DNA of 64,000 nucleotides from positions 1-64,000 of IMG/VR virus record IMGVR_UViG_3300045988_085681. One strand, written 5' to 3'. Position 1 is the stretch's first letter. The number at the start of each line of letters is the position of its first letter. This DNA comes from a virus. Below are positions 18,603 through 29,132 of the stretch, piece by piece. The notes beneath the pieces are model-generated. The model was not told where the DNA came from, ran no database searches, and was given only the letters and a program-made list of their open reading frames with translations. Both the position numbers and the translations under genes were made by a program.

Positions 18603-18868
18603 TTAAGTCCATTCCTATAACTACTTGGAGAGACGAACATCATAGAGACATTACAGTTTCTAAGATGTTCGTCTATGAACTTACAGCATATGCTCACTAT
18701 AAAGATAGAGAGGAATTGTTAGGTAGCAAGTTTATATCTTCAAGTAAACCTCTTAAAGAGAGGATACAAGTTACTAAAAAAATTGGATACAGAATTATAA
18801 AATCCATTGACTTAGTATCAGCTCCTCTAGATTATATTATTAATAATTCCAAATTTAAAAAATTATGA
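18599..18868 (+). CDS. hypothetical protein
   Basis: ORF track; overlapping start and stop. Confidence 0.4.
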   Translation: MIKSIPITTWRDEHHRDITVSKMFVYELTAYAHYKDREELLGSKFISSSKPLKERIQVTKKIGYRIIKSIDLVSAPLDYIINNSKFKKL

Positions 18869-19299
18869 CAAACACTAAGCAGAAACTCGTAGATTACAGA
18901 GAAGGTAGTTTTGTAGACTTTGAAGGTAAAGATCATTACTTTGTAGTATGCGCTGTTCTTAGAGAAAGTGCTGTATTTGAAAATCCTACTAGAATTCTTA
19001 GTTTTGGAGTGTCTTTCTGTAATCCGGTAGATAAACACAACAATGAACTTGGTAAGAAAATTGCTTATGGTAAAAGTATTAGTGATAGAAATACCAACGT
19101 ACTATTAGGTAGAGCAGGACTTCTTAATATTGAGACTGTAAAATATATACTTGATAATGAAGTTAATCATGTAAAACAATATCCTGAGCAGTATAGTGTG
19201 GCATATGCTAAAGCTAAAGATAAATATGAAAAAGCTAAAGAAAAAGCTAAAGCTTTAGCTCAAAAAGCAGCTTTATATAATAAGGCAGTAGCAGATTAA
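18865..19299 (+). CDS. hypothetical protein
   Basis: ORF track; C-terminal Lys/Ala-rich helix. Confidence 0.45.
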   Translation: MTNTKQKLVDYREGSFVDFEGKDHYFVVCAVLRESAVFENPTRILSFGVSFCNPVDKHNNELGKKIAYGKSISDRNTNVLLGRAGLLNIETVKYILDNEVNHVKQYPEQYSVAYAKAKDKYEKAKEKAKALAQKAALYNKAVAD

Positions 19300-19631
19300 T
19301 GAAACTTTTAGATAGATTAATTTTAATATTAATTTTTATTACTATTATAGGAGCTACTATCTTTTTATATAAAGGGTTTAAATCTACTACTGTAATGCCT
19401 ACAGATACCTTAGAAAGAAAAATAGACTCATTAAATAGTAAGAAAAATTCTATTAAAGTTGATATCAATAAGTGTGATACTGCTATCTACTATAATAAAA
19501 CTATCTATGTTAAAGAGAAGGACAATATTATTAAGCAGTCTCCTGATAGCGACATGCAGTTTTTCACAAACTACATTCAAGAAGTCGGGAGAAAACTTCT
19601 TATTGACACCGTATCAATTAAAAATAACTAA
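19299..19631 (+). CDS. hypothetical protein with an N-terminal TM anchor
   Basis: LILILIFITIIGATIFLY. Confidence 0.4.
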   Translation: MKLLDRLILILIFITIIGATIFLYKGFKSTTVMPTDTLERKIDSLNSKKNSIKVDINKCDTAIYYNKTIYVKEKDNIIKQSPDSDMQFFTNYIQEVGRKLLIDTVSIKNN

Positions 19632-19872
19632 TCTTATTTTTAATGAGCATAAATATTTACTAGTAAATGATAGTCTACAAAAAATTCAAATAAATAACTA
19701 CAAATCTTTAGTAAATACGCTGGATAGTACGCTAACATATAAAAATTATCAAATAAAGATTCAATCTGATAAAAATAATGAATTGTATATGCAAAATAAA
19801 AAATTATCAAAATTGAATTATTTATTTGGAGGTATAAGTATATTATCTATAATATGTGCTCTAATACATTAG
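19507..19872 (+). CDS. putative lipoprotein
   Basis: MLKRRTILLSSLLIATCSFSQ is a signal peptide plus a lipobox-like motif. Overlaps the previous ORF, so one of the two calls may be wrong. Confidence 0.35.
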   Translation: MLKRRTILLSSLLIATCSFSQTTFKKSGENFLLTPYQLKITNLIFNEHKYLLVNDSLQKIQINNYKSLVNTLDSTLTYKNYQIKIQSDKNNELYMQNKKLSKLNYLFGGISILSIICALIH

Positions 19873-20021
19873 ATACTTACATAAAGGATACTGACGGTAA
19901 GAAATTTAAATTTCCAGATAGAGATTGTAAGAATTGTAAAAGATATAAATGCTTAGTAAATATGGACATGCTTAAATGTAATTTTGCTAAGTATGGATGC
20001 AGAAATTATAATCCTAGATAA
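19854..20021 (+). CDS. small Cys-rich (zinc-ribbon-like) protein
   Basis: MCSNTL...DRDCKNCKRYKCLVNMDMLKCNFAKYGCRNYNPR has 8 Cys in 55 aa; below the ORF-track cutoff. Confidence 0.3.
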   Translation: MCSNTLDTYIKDTDGKKFKFPDRDCKNCKRYKCLVNMDMLKCNFAKYGCRNYNPR

Positions 20022-20080
20022 CTAAAATTACTAAAAATTGATAAATAATATTTACGCCTTGAAAAAGGATTACCATATTA

Positions 20081-20419
20081 TTGCGGAAATTTATTTATCA
20101 ATTAATGGTTGTTTATAGTAAATTACTTGAGAAATTTAATGATAGCTTAGGCTATGTGATATATGTATTCGAATTGTTAGATAATGAGGATAAGCTTAGA
20201 GAAAAGACTAAATACCTTATGTGTACTCAACCTCCTAATTGGAGCGCTGCTACTATAAATTATGGGGATATTGGTTATCTCGAAGTGAAGCCTGTAATAG
20301 CAGGGATAGATGAATGGTACGATGGAGACATACAACAGAAATACAGATATAATAATGTCTGGTTTATTAAGTTTGTCCCTCAGAGACCTAAAAACGTAGA
20401 TGATATAATAATACAATAA
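20081..20419 (+). CDS. hypothetical protein
   Basis: ORF track. Confidence 0.45.
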   Translation: MRKFIYQLMVVYSKLLEKFNDSLGYVIYVFELLDNEDKLREKTKYLMCTQPPNWSAATINYGDIGYLEVKPVIAGIDEWYDGDIQQKYRYNNVWFIKFVPQRPKNVDDIIIQ

Positions 20420-20435
20420 ATAATCTTTAAGATTT

Positions 20436-21422
20436 ATGACAACAGTTTTAGGTGATAAACTCAATCAAGCTTTTGAAGCTAAGAATAATGATGTAGAAAC
20501 ATTTCTCTGGAAAGGTTCCAGAAAAATTGTAGATGGTGAACGCATTCAGTCTTCCATGAAAATGGTAGATATGACTGAAGAAGAATTACGTAAAGCATAT
20601 AAACATTGTGAATCAATGCTTTATAGTGACAACTATGAAAATCCTGGACGACGAGTTTTGTTGGAACAGATTGAAGATCAAAGAACTCGCTGTAATGCTG
20701 AGTTGTTCTTAATTTGGCTATTGTACCCAGGTGAAGGTAGTACTAGACAAGGTATTGTAAGAACTAGTTTCTTTAATATGCTCAATCAGCAGATTACTGC
20801 TCAGGCAGAACAGTTTGCTAAAGAGAGTGCAGAAAGTGGTGAAGGCGAGACAAATGTTAGTGCTATTGCAGAGACTCTCTTTAAAGAGTGGACTCTTAAT
20901 GATATTATGAATAGTGATGAAGATTCATTTACCATGTTTGCTTCATTACCATTGTATATCGTTAGAGAAGCTTGTTTATCTGCTTTAGGTAAATGTGTCC
21001 GTAAACACATTACTCTTACATTTATTACCGAGCTTGGATTGTGGTTTACACGTTCTGAGTTATTAGAATTAAATAAGAAAGACGAGAATGGTCGTTTAGT
21101 AGATAGAATTAAGCAAGTTGCTGAACTTCTAAATATTAAATTGAGAGACCCTAAGAATCCTGAAGACAGAAAAGGTCTTGTTTTAAAAATTGATGATAGA
21201 AAAGGCTTAACTCTAAAAGAGTTTAGCGCAATGCTTACCTTCCGTAAGGATAAATATGATAAGCGTTATAATGATCTGACTAAAGTACAATTGGAAACCT
21301 TAAGAGATAAAGTTTTACTGCATCTCGAAAATAAGGTTAGATGGCAAGCTTCAGAGTGGGAGAAGCGTATTAAACAAATCAAAGCAGTAGCTGATTACAA
21401 TGGCTACAAACTCTCTGATTGA
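20436..21422 (+). CDS. hypothetical protein
   Basis: ORF track; 328 aa; no motif recognised. Confidence 0.5.
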   Translation: MTTVLGDKLNQAFEAKNNDVETFLWKGSRKIVDGERIQSSMKMVDMTEEELRKAYKHCESMLYSDNYENPGRRVLLEQIEDQRTRCNAELFLIWLLYPGEGSTRQGIVRTSFFNMLNQQITAQAEQFAKESAESGEGETNVSAIAETLFKEWTLNDIMNSDEDSFTMFASLPLYIVREACLSALGKCVRKHITLTFITELGLWFTRSELLELNKKDENGRLVDRIKQVAELLNIKLRDPKNPEDRKGLVLKIDDRKGLTLKEFSAMLTFRKDKYDKRYNDLTKVQLETLRDKVLLHLENKVRWQASEWEKRIKQIKAVADYNGYKLSD

Positions 21423-22689
21423 AGGAGAACTATTTCATAAAATCACTAGAGATGAACGACAAGAAGAGTGTCGTAGAAAATGGATAAAAAATCGTTGTGT
21501 AGGGACAATAGTTGCATCTACTGGATTTGGTAAGAGCAGAATAGGACTAAACTGTATTAAAACAGTGTTAAAACACTTTCCACAATATCGAGTACTAATA
21601 ATTGTGCCAACAGAAACTTTACAAAAACAATGGTGTGGTCATATAGATTCTAATGGGCTAGGATTAAGTTGTGATGTACAAATAATAAACACTGTAATAA
21701 AACATCCTGCCAAATATGATCTTTTAGTACTGGATGAAGCGCATAGATATGCAGCTGAGACTTTTGTAAGATTATTTGAAGTAGTAAAATACCAATTTAT
21801 CTTAGGTCTTACAGCTACTTTTGAGCGTCTTGATGGTAGAGATAAAATATTAGCAAAATACTGTCCAGTAATTGATACTATTGATATTAATACTTGTCTT
21901 GCAAATGGTTGGGTTAGCCCATATAAAGAATATCTAGTCTTAGTAAATGTTGATGATTTAGAAGAATATGAAAAAATAAATAAAGAATTCATTTCTCATT
22001 TTGAATTCTTCGGATTCTCTTGGGAGTTAGTTAATAAATTAGCTGGTCCTATGGGTTGGCGAAATAAACTACTCCTAAGAGATTCTATGTGTAGTGATCC
22101 TAATAAAAAATCTGAAGTATTACAAAGTATAAATTATCATGCTATCAGATTTTGGTCTACTATGCATGAGAAAAAAGCTTTCATAAATAATCATCCAAAG
22201 AAAATTGAAATAGTAAAGAAAATTATAGAAGCTAGAAAGGATAAAAAAATAATAACTTTTGCTAATAATATTAAAATGGCAGAAAAAATTCCTAATGCTA
22301 CTGTATATTCTAGTAGAACTTCTAAGAAAAGAAGTGCTACAGCTATTGAAGATTTTAACTCTGGAAAGATAACTTTATTATCTACAGTAAAAAAAGCTGA
22401 TGAAGGACTTGATGTAAAAGGTCTTTCTGTAGCTATTATATTTGGATTAGATAGTTCAACTACTAGAGCTTGTCAACGGAGAGGAAGATCAATCCGCTTT
22501 GAAAAAGGTAAGACAGCAGAGATATTCAATATAGTATTAAATAGGACTCAAGAAACTAAGTGGTTTTATGATTCTCATAAGGGAGATTCTTTTATAACTA
22601 TAGACGAATCAGAATTGGATAAAGTGTTACAAGGTAAAGACTTTACCCCAGGTGAAAAGATAGTTCCTAAATTTGATTTTAGATTCTGA
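21400..22689 (+). CDS. SF2 DEAH-box DNA helicase (UvsW / type III restriction-like ATPase)
   Basis: Walker A ASTGFGKSRIG; DEAH box LLVLDEAHRY; C-terminal helicase motifs (QRRGRSIR). Confidence 0.75.
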   Translation: MATNSLIEGELFHKITRDERQEECRRKWIKNRCVGTIVASTGFGKSRIGLNCIKTVLKHFPQYRVLIIVPTETLQKQWCGHIDSNGLGLSCDVQIINTVIKHPAKYDLLVLDEAHRYAAETFVRLFEVVKYQFILGLTATFERLDGRDKILAKYCPVIDTIDINTCLANGWVSPYKEYLVLVNVDDLEEYEKINKEFISHFEFFGFSWELVNKLAGPMGWRNKLLLRDSMCSDPNKKSEVLQSINYHAIRFWSTMHEKKAFINNHPKKIEIVKKIIEARKDKKIITFANNIKMAEKIPNATVYSSRTSKKRSATAIEDFNSGKITLLSTVKKADEGLDVKGLSVAIIFGLDSSTTRACQRRGRSIRFEKGKTAEIFNIVLNRTQETKWFYDSHKGDSFITIDESELDKVLQGKDFTPGEKIVPKFDFRF

Positions 22690-22767
22690 ATCTATGTATT
22701 AATATCGCTCTGAAAAGAGATTAACTTAATTACAGTATGGAAGACTTTTAATTATCCGAATTACTGT

Positions 22768-23379
22768 ATGTTTGATTTAAACATTGATGAAGAAATAACA
22801 ATTTTAGAAAAATATAATATTACTCCTACTGAATTATTTGTTATTAAAGCTATAAATGCTTATATAGAAGATTATTCAGAAGATTATCTTCGTAGGTATT
22901 TGGCTATTGATAAAAAGTATGTAGGAAGTTTTATAGATATACTTAAATCTTTACAAGATAAAGGTCTTATCCTTAAAAGTTATAAAATTATTCCAGGAAG
23001 GAAACTAGTTCCTGAAGAGATACCATTTAATAAAAACTTCCTAAAATGTTTAGCTAAGAGTTCCTTTGAAATGGGAAAAGAACTTAGAGAACATTATCCT
23101 AGATTTAGAAATATTAATGGATGCTTAACTAGTATGCTAGGTGTTTCTAAAAAGTTTAATAGTCTTGAAGATGCTTATAGAACTTATGGAAAGAAAATCC
23201 ATTGGAATGAAGAACTTCATAAAAAGATTATTGATTTACTAGATTGGGAAGCTAATACTGATAATGGTATTATTAATTATAGCCTAGCTACATTTATTGT
23301 AGATGAAAAATGGGAAGATCTTGAAGCTTTAAAGAATGGAGATTCAGGTATGAATTATAATTCAATCACCACTCTGTGA
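22768..23379 (+). CDS. hypothetical protein
   Basis: ORF track. Confidence 0.45.
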   Translation: MFDLNIDEEITILEKYNITPTELFVIKAINAYIEDYSEDYLRRYLAIDKKYVGSFIDILKSLQDKGLILKSYKIIPGRKLVPEEIPFNKNFLKCLAKSSFEMGKELREHYPRFRNINGCLTSMLGVSKKFNSLEDAYRTYGKKIHWNEELHKKIIDLLDWEANTDNGIINYSLATFIVDEKWEDLEALKNGDSGMNYNSITTL

Positions 23380-24458
23380 GTTTAGAAAGTTTTAAACGTT
23401 CGATAGAGCTTGGTAGACAAGGATTTAATCAAGGATTTAGTATGGGTCTTCCTAAATTGGAAGAATTAATAGGAGGTATTACTAAAAGTACCATGACTCT
23501 CTTATTTGCGAGTTCAGGGCAAGGTAAAAGTTCATGCGTATTATATTCTTATATATACGTTCCTTTAAAAGAGCATTTAGAAGATAATAAATTAAAAATT
23601 ATTTTCTTTGCTCTTGAAATGAAAGAAGACTTTATTATAGCTAAATTATTAAGTACCTATTTATATGATACCTATCATATTGTTGTAACTGCTAAACAAA
23701 TATTATCTATAGGTAAAGATTATATTTTACCTGATGATTTATATGAGTATGTACAACTAGGATATGATTGGCTAGAAAAAGTATATAAAGTACTAACTAT
23801 ATACGAAGGCTCTTTTAATTCTGATAGGCTCATAAAAGTTACAATGGAAGAGCTTAAAAAAGAAGGAGAATTTACAGAGAATAAATATATTCCGAAAGAC
23901 CCTGAAAAAGTAATACTTTCAGTAACTGACCATGTTGGATTGATCCAACCATCCAATGGAAGGAACAGAAAAGGAGAAATTGATGATTATACTAATAAAT
24001 TAGTTATCATTAGAAATAAAACAGGATTATCTCCAATTATTGTTATGCAATCCAATAGAGCAGTGGCTAACATGGAAAGAAAAAAGAATGAAGCTTTCAT
24101 GGAGCCAATGGTGGAGGATATTAAGGAAACATCCACTGTTTCAGAGAATTCTGAAATTATTTTAGCTGTATATAATCCTCAAGTTGATAAAAGAACAACT
24201 TATAGAGGTTACCAAGTTAAAGAAATGGGTTATAGGTTTCGAAGTATTCTTGTACTAAAGTCAAGATATGGAGAAAACCAAGTAGCTGATTGCTGTTTCT
24301 TTGACGGAGCAGTAAATAAGTGGATGGAAATGCCTAAGCCAGAAGAAATCTTTGATTATTCTAGATATCGAGCTACAAATAACAGTTCAACAGATAATAC
24401 AATAAAGAATGAAGATAAAGATGAAAAAGTGAAAAGTAAATTAGACTATAGTTTATGA
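23376..24458 (+). CDS. DnaB-like replicative helicase (RecA-fold ATPase)
   Basis: Walker A FASSGQGKSSCVL; LSVTDHVGLIQPS resembles DnaB motif H3/H4. Confidence 0.55.
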   Translation: MSLESFKRSIELGRQGFNQGFSMGLPKLEELIGGITKSTMTLLFASSGQGKSSCVLYSYIYVPLKEHLEDNKLKIIFFALEMKEDFIIAKLLSTYLYDTYHIVVTAKQILSIGKDYILPDDLYEYVQLGYDWLEKVYKVLTIYEGSFNSDRLIKVTMEELKKEGEFTENKYIPKDPEKVILSVTDHVGLIQPSNGRNRKGEIDDYTNKLVIIRNKTGLSPIIVMQSNRAVANMERKKNEAFMEPMVEDIKETSTVSENSEIILAVYNPQVDKRTTYRGYQVKEMGYRFRSILVLKSRYGENQVADCCFFDGAVNKWMEMPKPEEIFDYSRYRATNNSSTDNTIKNEDKDEKVKSKLDYSL

Positions 24459-25207
24459 TTATTGGTTTAGCAGGTTTGAGTGGTACCGGAAAAAGCACTT
24501 CTTTGCGTTATTTAGATTATAAATCAACATTTATCATTAGTTGTACTAACAAGCAACTTCAAATTCCTGGATTTAGACGTAAGTACAAGAAAGCTGAAGT
24601 TGTAAATAAGAAGCCAGTTGGAAATTGGCTTGTATCTAATGATTATACTACTATTGGTAAGTGGTTAAAAATTATTGATAAATTACGTACTGATATTAAG
24701 ACAGTAGTTGTAGATGATGCTAATTATTGTCTTTCAAATAATATAATGGATTCTGCCCTTGAAAAAGGTTGGGATAAACACGTTGTGTTTGCTAAAAATT
24801 ACTATGATTTAATCATGGAAGCTAGTGAACTGCGTGAAGATCTTAATGTAGTATTCATTAGTCATATTATTAATGCTGGTACTGATCTCGATGAACATTG
24901 GCAGTTATATTCTAGTGGTAAAATGTTGGATAGAACCGTAAATATTGATGGTTTATTTTCTTATATTTTATATACTGAACGCCAGGTTGATGATGAGGGC
25001 AATATTAGTTATTTCTTTAGAACTAAAACCAATGGTAACGATACTTGTCGTAGTGTTGATGGATGTTTTAAAGATAAACTGATTGAACCTAATATGCAGA
25101 AGGTTTTAGATACTATCCATAACTTTGAATATGGTGAGGAAGAAGAAATCGCAGATGACCATAATGAAACCAATAATGATGACAATATTTTAAATGAAGC
25201 TAATTAA
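24455..25207 (+). CDS. P-loop ATPase, AAA_24/Sak4-like recombination-associated
   Basis: N-terminal Walker A MIIGLAGLSGTGKST; size and position next to the helicase and SSB. Confidence 0.45.
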   Translation: MIIGLAGLSGTGKSTSLRYLDYKSTFIISCTNKQLQIPGFRRKYKKAEVVNKKPVGNWLVSNDYTTIGKWLKIIDKLRTDIKTVVVDDANYCLSNNIMDSALEKGWDKHVVFAKNYYDLIMEASELREDLNVVFISHIINAGTDLDEHWQLYSSGKMLDRTVNIDGLFSYILYTERQVDDEGNISYFFRTKTNGNDTCRSVDGCFKDKLIEPNMQKVLDTIHNFEYGEEEEIADDHNETNNDDNILNEAN

Positions 25208-25799
25208 AATGACAATTAAGTCCGAGTGGCTTAATGAAGAAACTGGAGAAATTTTAACTGATACACGTGAGTTGAAGGATGATTCTGTAAAGAAGCCGTC
25301 TACTCGTAAGTCTTCTTCTAAAAAGAAAGACTCAGAAGTAGATGATACAAATCCTAATCCACTATTAATTCTTGAGGAGAATAAGTACATTCTTAATAAG
25401 GCTGCTGTTGAGGCTCTTGGTGTAGAACCAGGAGATAAAGTAGATATTAAACAGCAGAAACTTAATAAGAAAGAGTGCTTAGTTATCGGAGCTGCTGAAA
25501 CATTTGGTACGCAGTCAGGTAATAAATTAACTCAGAAGAATGCAGTTTCATATAGAGGAAAGAATAACCAGAACCTTGCCGAGCATGGTAATGAGTTTAC
25601 TTTCACTCCACATCCTAAAATTGATGGATTGTTTATATTAACAGGTAATCGAGAGCCTGAGATTAAAGAAGATGTAGTTCCTGAAGCAGAGGATATTGCA
25701 TCAGAAGATGAATTAGATGACGAAATGGCTAGTCTTATTGACGGCAACGCAGATGATACAGAAATCTCAGATAATGATTTTAATTTCGATAATCTTTAA
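25194..25799 (+). CDS. hypothetical acidic protein
   Basis: ORF track; Asp/Glu-rich C-terminus. Confidence 0.45.
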   Translation: MKLIKMTIKSEWLNEETGEILTDTRELKDDSVKKPSTRKSSSKKKDSEVDDTNPNPLLILEENKYILNKAAVEALGVEPGDKVDIKQQKLNKKECLVIGAAETFGTQSGNKLTQKNAVSYRGKNNQNLAEHGNEFTFTPHPKIDGLFILTGNREPEIKEDVVPEAEDIASEDELDDEMASLIDGNADDTEISDNDFNFDNL

Positions 25800-25811
25800 T
25801 AATATAGCAAT

Positions 25812-26582
25812 ATGAATTTGAATTTTGGTGGTCTTGGTGATATTAATCCTACAAGTAAGAAAGGTCTTCGTCCTTATGGAATTTATCTCGTTCAGTTAAA
25901 AAGTATAGAAGTTAAGGAGGGTCAAGGTAAGCAAGACCCTAATACAACTTGGAAATCTCTGGTACTTCATTTTGAAGGAGAGCAAGGAACTTATCAAGAA
26001 TCATTGTTTTATCCTAATGAAAGTTCTGCTAAAAGATATGAGGGTAAGAGAAAGGATTCTAAGGGTGTAGAATTCCCATATGTACTTCCTTCAGCATTTG
26101 AACAGCTTAAGGGTTTTATGCTGCATATTATAACAGTAGTAGGTGGTGATAAAGCTAAAGAATTGTTTATAACTAAAGCTCCTGCTTGTAAGAGTACTGA
26201 CCAATTCATGCAGCTTTTCCAGGCAGTATTAACTAAGCATTGTATGAATAAAAACTTTTATTTAAAGCTTAGCGGTCGTAAGGAAAAGAAAAAGGATGAA
26301 AAGGGAATTTCAAAGGAAACTGGTAATGTATTTGCTAAGATTCCTGATATTGGAGCTATTAATAGTGATGGACAGTTCTATATCCGTGATAATTTTGCTA
26401 GCTTAGAGGAAGATAAATTGTTATTCTCTAGTTATGAGATTAAGCAGAAAGAGGATATGGAGAAGCGTAAGCCTACTGCTCCTGTGCCAGCAGCTGATTC
26501 AGAAGAGGCTAAATCTATCGACTCTACTGAAGGCAAGGAGGCTCAAGATGAAGACTTCGATGCTATGCTGGCAGATATGTAG
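25812..26582 (+). CDS. putative ssDNA-binding protein
   Basis: Acidic C-terminal tail DEDFDAMLADM and its position in the replication cluster; the OB fold was not verified. Confidence 0.35.
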   Translation: MNLNFGGLGDINPTSKKGLRPYGIYLVQLKSIEVKEGQGKQDPNTTWKSLVLHFEGEQGTYQESLFYPNESSAKRYEGKRKDSKGVEFPYVLPSAFEQLKGFMLHIITVVGGDKAKELFITKAPACKSTDQFMQLFQAVLTKHCMNKNFYLKLSGRKEKKKDEKGISKETGNVFAKIPDIGAINSDGQFYIRDNFASLEEDKLLFSSYEIKQKEDMEKRKPTAPVPAADSEEAKSIDSTEGKEAQDEDFDAMLADM

Positions 26583-26605
26583 TAATTATAAAGTAAGTAG
26601 TTTTT

Positions 26606-27616
26606 ATGAAATTAGATTTTTCTTATAAACCAGATATTACTAAGGACTACTTACTTAAATATAACACAGAGGAAGCCTATATGGAGTATTATCTTGGCGT
26701 AAAAGTTTCAAAAAAATTAATTTGTAATCCTTTACGTAAAGATAAAAATCCTACGGCTTCCTTTTTTCGTAACTCTAAAGGAGAACTTATATTCCATGAT
26801 TTTAATGGGAGCTTTTATGGAAACTTTATATCTGTAGTTATGACTAAATATGCTTGTAAATACCATCAAGCATTAGACATTATAGCTAAAGATTTTGGCT
26901 TATTAAAAGGACAAAATAATTATCATTCTGTAATACAATCAAGCACTTCTTTTGTTAAAACAAATGAGCCAGCAGATATACGAGTAGAAATAAAAGATTT
27001 CTCAGAAGATGAATTAAAATGGTGGGGTAAACAAGGAGTTTCTTTAGAATTACTAAATAAATATAAAGTATATTCTTGTCGTACTGTATTTTTAAATGGT
27101 AATATTCAAACTATAAAGACCAAAGATAACTTTATCTTCGGATATTATGGAGGAACAATGCAAGGTAAAGAATTGTGGAGAATTTATTATCCTAAACGTA
27201 AAGAATATAGATTTCTAACAAATTGGCCTTCTAAAAAGGTTCAGGGCTATAGTCAGTTACCTAAAAAAGGTAATTTATTAGTCATAACTAAAAGTATGAA
27301 AGATACTATGTGTTTAAGAGGTTTAGGTGTAACAGCCTGTGCTCCAAATAGTGAAACACAATGGTTATCTGAAAACATGTTAAATGATCTAAAAGAAAGA
27401 TTTACTTATATAGTAACTTTTTATGATAATGATAGACCCGGAATGTTTAATATGGCTAAGATAAGAAAAAATCATCCAGAATTACTTTATTTCTTTATAC
27501 CTCATAAATTCAAAGTAAAAGATATAAGTGATTTTTATAAAAAATATGGTCGACAGAATACTTTAAAATTTATAAAGTATTATATAAAAAAATTAAGTAA
27601 CTATGTCAAAAAGTAA
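26606..27616 (+). CDS. DNA primase (Toprim domain)
   Basis: Toprim-like NLLVITKSMKDTMCLRGLGV...FYDNDRPG (E...DxD). Confidence 0.45.
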   Translation: MKLDFSYKPDITKDYLLKYNTEEAYMEYYLGVKVSKKLICNPLRKDKNPTASFFRNSKGELIFHDFNGSFYGNFISVVMTKYACKYHQALDIIAKDFGLLKGQNNYHSVIQSSTSFVKTNEPADIRVEIKDFSEDELKWWGKQGVSLELLNKYKVYSCRTVFLNGNIQTIKTKDNFIFGYYGGTMQGKELWRIYYPKRKEYRFLTNWPSKKVQGYSQLPKKGNLLVITKSMKDTMCLRGLGVTACAPNSETQWLSENMLNDLKERFTYIVTFYDNDRPGMFNMAKIRKNHPELLYFFIPHKFKVKDISDFYKKYGRQNTLKFIKYYIKKLSNYVKK

Positions 27617-27662
27617 TTAGAATCTGAATACTGCTATTAGAATAACATATAAGAACGGCGAT

Positions 27663-28172
27663 GTGCACGATTATTCATCTATAGAGGAATGCTCTGAGAA
27701 AACTAAAATAAGTCAAGCAGCTCTTAAAATTAGATGTAATAAATCTGGAAAAATGGCTGACGGCACTTTATATGAATGGATAGATAGCCATACTAAGAAG
27801 AGTTATCAAGCTAAAAAGTCTAGAAATAAAGGAAGTGCATGGGAAGCAGATATACTTCATCATCTTAGAGATATGGGGTATACTGAGTGTGTAAGTGCTA
27901 GAGGAGAGAGTAAGTTTACAGATAATAATAAAGTTGATCTAATTGATAGGTCCGGAAAATTACCTGTAAATATTCAAGCCAAACATACTGCTAATACTCC
28001 AGCATATTTTAAGATAGAAGATGCTTGTCCATATAAAGATAAACCATTTGTATTATGTTGGAAAAAAGCTCCGACAGAAGGTAGTGTTAGTCCAGGAGCA
28101 ATAGCAATGGTTCCTATGGATTTCTTCTATACTTTATTAGAATGTTATTCTAAAAGTAATAATTTAATATGA
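27663..28172 (+). CDS. putative PD-(D/E)XK nuclease (Holliday-junction-resolvase-like)
   Basis: E...D(VDLID)...(IQAK) arrangement resembling a PD-(D/E)xK core; weak. Confidence 0.3.
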   Translation: MHDYSSIEECSEKTKISQAALKIRCNKSGKMADGTLYEWIDSHTKKSYQAKKSRNKGSAWEADILHHLRDMGYTECVSARGESKFTDNNKVDLIDRSGKLPVNIQAKHTANTPAYFKIEDACPYKDKPFVLCWKKAPTEGSVSPGAIAMVPMDFFYTLLECYSKSNNLI

Positions 28173-28357
28173 GAGAACTATTAGCCTTAGGAGTAATAGA
28201 TTTTATAATAAGTACAATATTAATTTTACTTAAGATTTTTGGAATATTATTATGGAGTTGGGTAACATTAGCAGTGGTAATATTTTTATCACTCCCAATC
28301 ACCATAATGATATTATTTATTATTATAATGATAATTATATATAACAATACCAAATGA
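28169..28357 (+). CDS. small membrane protein
   Basis: Two hydrophobic helices. Confidence 0.35.
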   Translation: MRELLALGVIDFIISTILILLKIFGILLWSWVTLAVVIFLSLPITIMILFIIIMIIIYNNTK

Positions 28358-28599
28358 ATAATTATATTTTTGCAATTTGTCAGAGTAATAAAAATAAACT
28401 TCATAAGTTAACAGCATCTTCATATGAGGAAGCTGTTGAAAAGGCTAAAGAAGAAGTTGATAAGTACTTAAATTTAGACGATGATACATATACTATTCTT
28501 GATAACAATGATAGCTGGATAAATATCAGAGCTGAATTGGCTAAGAAAGGTATTGGGGTAACATATATAAGAGATATTGAGGAATTATTTAATCTATGA
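28354..28599 (+). CDS. hypothetical protein
   Basis: ORF track. Confidence 0.4.
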   Translation: MNNYIFAICQSNKNKLHKLTASSYEEAVEKAKEEVDKYLNLDDDTYTILDNNDSWINIRAELAKKGIGVTYIRDIEELFNL

Positions 28600-29132
28600 A
28601 ATTAAGAATTGGTTTAGATTTAGATGATACATTAAATGAGTTTATGAATCCATATTTAAAAAGATTTGGATATCCTAAGTCTGATGGAGAAATAACAAAA
28701 AATGTACAACAAGTTTTAATAAAAGACAGAGAATGGTGGATAAATCTTCCAGTAAAAAATAAAATAAACTTTATACCTGAATTATATTGTACTAAAAGAG
28801 TATGCAATAAAGACTATAGTAAAACATGGCTAAAGAATAATGGTTATCCTAATAAACCTGTTTATCAAGTCTTATATCAGCGTGCTAATAAAGCTCGGTA
28901 TATAAAAGGTAGAGTTGATATTTTCATTGATGATTCTATTAGTAATTTTATTCAGATGAATCTAGCAGGATTGCCTTGCTTATTAATAGCTTCTGAATCT
29001 AATGAAAAATGGGGTCCTTATGGTAAGATTTATAGTTTAGATAAAGAAGAGATAGAATATGGGTATGAATGTATAAAAGAGTCGGAAGACTTTAACAATT
29101 ACTTACGTGAAATTAAGTCAAATTTCTATTAA
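28596..29132 (+). CDS. HAD-family 5'(3')-deoxyribonucleotidase-like phosphatase
   Basis: N-terminal HAD motif I IGLDLDDTLNEF (DxDxT); size typical of NT5C-like enzymes. Confidence 0.55.
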   Translation: MKLRIGLDLDDTLNEFMNPYLKRFGYPKSDGEITKNVQQVLIKDREWWINLPVKNKINFIPELYCTKRVCNKDYSKTWLKNNGYPNKPVYQVLYQRANKARYIKGRVDIFIDDSISNFIQMNLAGLPCLLIASESNEKWGPYGKIYSLDKEEIEYGYECIKESEDFNNYLREIKSNFY